NCBI GenBank assembly: GCA_963733815.1
Contig: CAVTEG010000012.1
Coordinates: 5,322-69,321, forward strand
Reading direction: 5' to 3'
Length of the DNA stretch: 64,000 nt
Source: an uncultured Acidobacteriota bacterium
Lineage (GTDB): Bacteria; Acidobacteriota; Thermoanaerobaculia; UBA5066; Gp7-AA6
Shown: piece by piece, positions 62,901 through 64,000 of the stretch
Numbering within the stretch: the stretch's first letter is position 1
Layout of the letters: each line of letters opens with the position of its first letter
Notes under the pieces: model-generated
Databases searched by the model: none
Told to the model about the DNA's origin: nothing
The model's input: the letters and a program-made list of their open reading frames with translations, nothing else
Position numbers and translations under genes: made by a program

Positions 62901-64000
62901 CAGCCGCCCCTCGGTCCGGCGCGCGTCCCGGTCGATCTCAAAGAGGATGGGCTGGTCGGAGAGACCGGAGTCGACGAAGAGCCGCGCCGTCTTCCCGACC
63001 TCGACCGAGTTGTCCTCGGCGAGCAGGATTCCCGGCAGGGCGAGCGGAGTGCGCGCCGCCCCGACGACGATGTCGCGAGGCACCTCGAACTCGGCGCCGA
63101 ACTCGTCGGCCGTCCGATACCGGATCCGATACGCGCCGGCCGGCAGACCCCGAAGCGCGATCGCGGACTCCCCCTTCTCGTCGTGCGTCAGCTCGCCGCG
63201 CGCGACCTCGGGCCCGTCCTCCCAGCGGGCCATGACGCGTTCGGGCGCGTAGTCGGTCTGCCACCGGGGACGCAGGAGATCGCCCGGCGTCTGGAATGCC
63301 TTCGAATTGCCCTCCCCGGATCCGCTCCCCGGATCGACCGGCTCGTCGGCCGGCAGCAGCGTCCGATCGGGCTGCGAGAGGCGCACGAGTCTCCAGGAGC
63401 CCTTGCCCGCGCGCGGGACGCCATCGAGGTTCGTGCGCACGACCTTGACACTCGCGCGCTCGCCCTCGCGCAGAAATCCGCCGGGCGGCTCGATGCGCGC
63501 CTCGACCGAAACGAAACCCAGCCGAAACGTCCGGGACGCCGACTGTGTCTCGCCGCCCTCGTCGGCGACGTCGGCGGAGACGGCATAGGAATACGTGGCT
63601 CCCGCGCGAGCGGTGTTGCGACGCTCGTCGGCTTTCGGCGTGAACGCGAGGGTGAAACGTCCGTCGGCCTGCAGCGTGGAGGTGCCCGCGTCGATCGTCT
63701 GCGTCGCAACGGTAGGGTTCCACCCCCGCCACCAGTACCACCACGGATACTGGGGCGTGCGCGTCACGCGCCAGCGCACCTGGCCGGTCGCCACGGCGAG
63801 CCCGAAGTAGTAGCGGGCCTCCCCCGTCAGGCGCGCGGGGCGATTGAGCCGAAGGGCTTCCTTCGGGTCCTCGAGCTTCACTTCGAAGGTCGGGCGCTTG
63901 TACTCCTCGACGCGCACCGAGGCCGACGCCTCGCCCAGCGAGCTCGAGACGCGCCAGGCGCCGAGCGCCCGTCCCGCCGGAATCGCGAATTCGCCCGCAG
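59936..64000 (-). CDS. Bacterial alpha-2-macroglobulin family protein (5' end outside the window; frameshifted)
   Basis: VEEYKRPTFEV, RSNFAETAFW, PDSVTSW, PRFLREGD, YPYECTEQ, SMYAPEF over several frames. Confidence 0.9.

Overview
High-GC bacterial chromosome window, densely coding. It most resembles Acidobacteriota/Thermoanaerobaculia (inferred from the secreted domain at 55391-56548, the GTCATCCCGAG REP family and the many peptidases). No rRNA, tRNA, CRISPR array, transposase or prophage was seen. Recognisable loci: an RDD-SpoIIM-DUF4129-DUF4350(-MoxR) cluster, a GAF/PAS-only sensor, pyrK-pyrD-pyrF, a fused 2-oxoacid dehydrogenase E1 alpha/beta, nadA-nadC-nadB, dapA-like/dapD, pxpA/pxpBC, a MacAB-like ABC exporter, M61/M20/S9/S41/M1 peptidases and a thioester alpha-2-macroglobulin. 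Several genes carry clustered indels, probably long-read errors. Most notable: (i) an intact DapA-fold gene coupled to dapD that has lost the Schiff-base Lys and both catalytic Tyr; (ii) an SDR with Tyr->Gln and a DUF5700-like protein without HExxH; (iii) a receiver-like domain fused to a histone-H1-like tail; (iv) a 45-bp non-coding element present twice, 20 kb apart; (v) an unannotated 36-aa membrane peptide with an ECF-type promoter that recurs before two envelope operons; (vi) repeated apparent CTG start codons and frequent leaderless-type promoters. All family assignments are by eye and were not database-verified.
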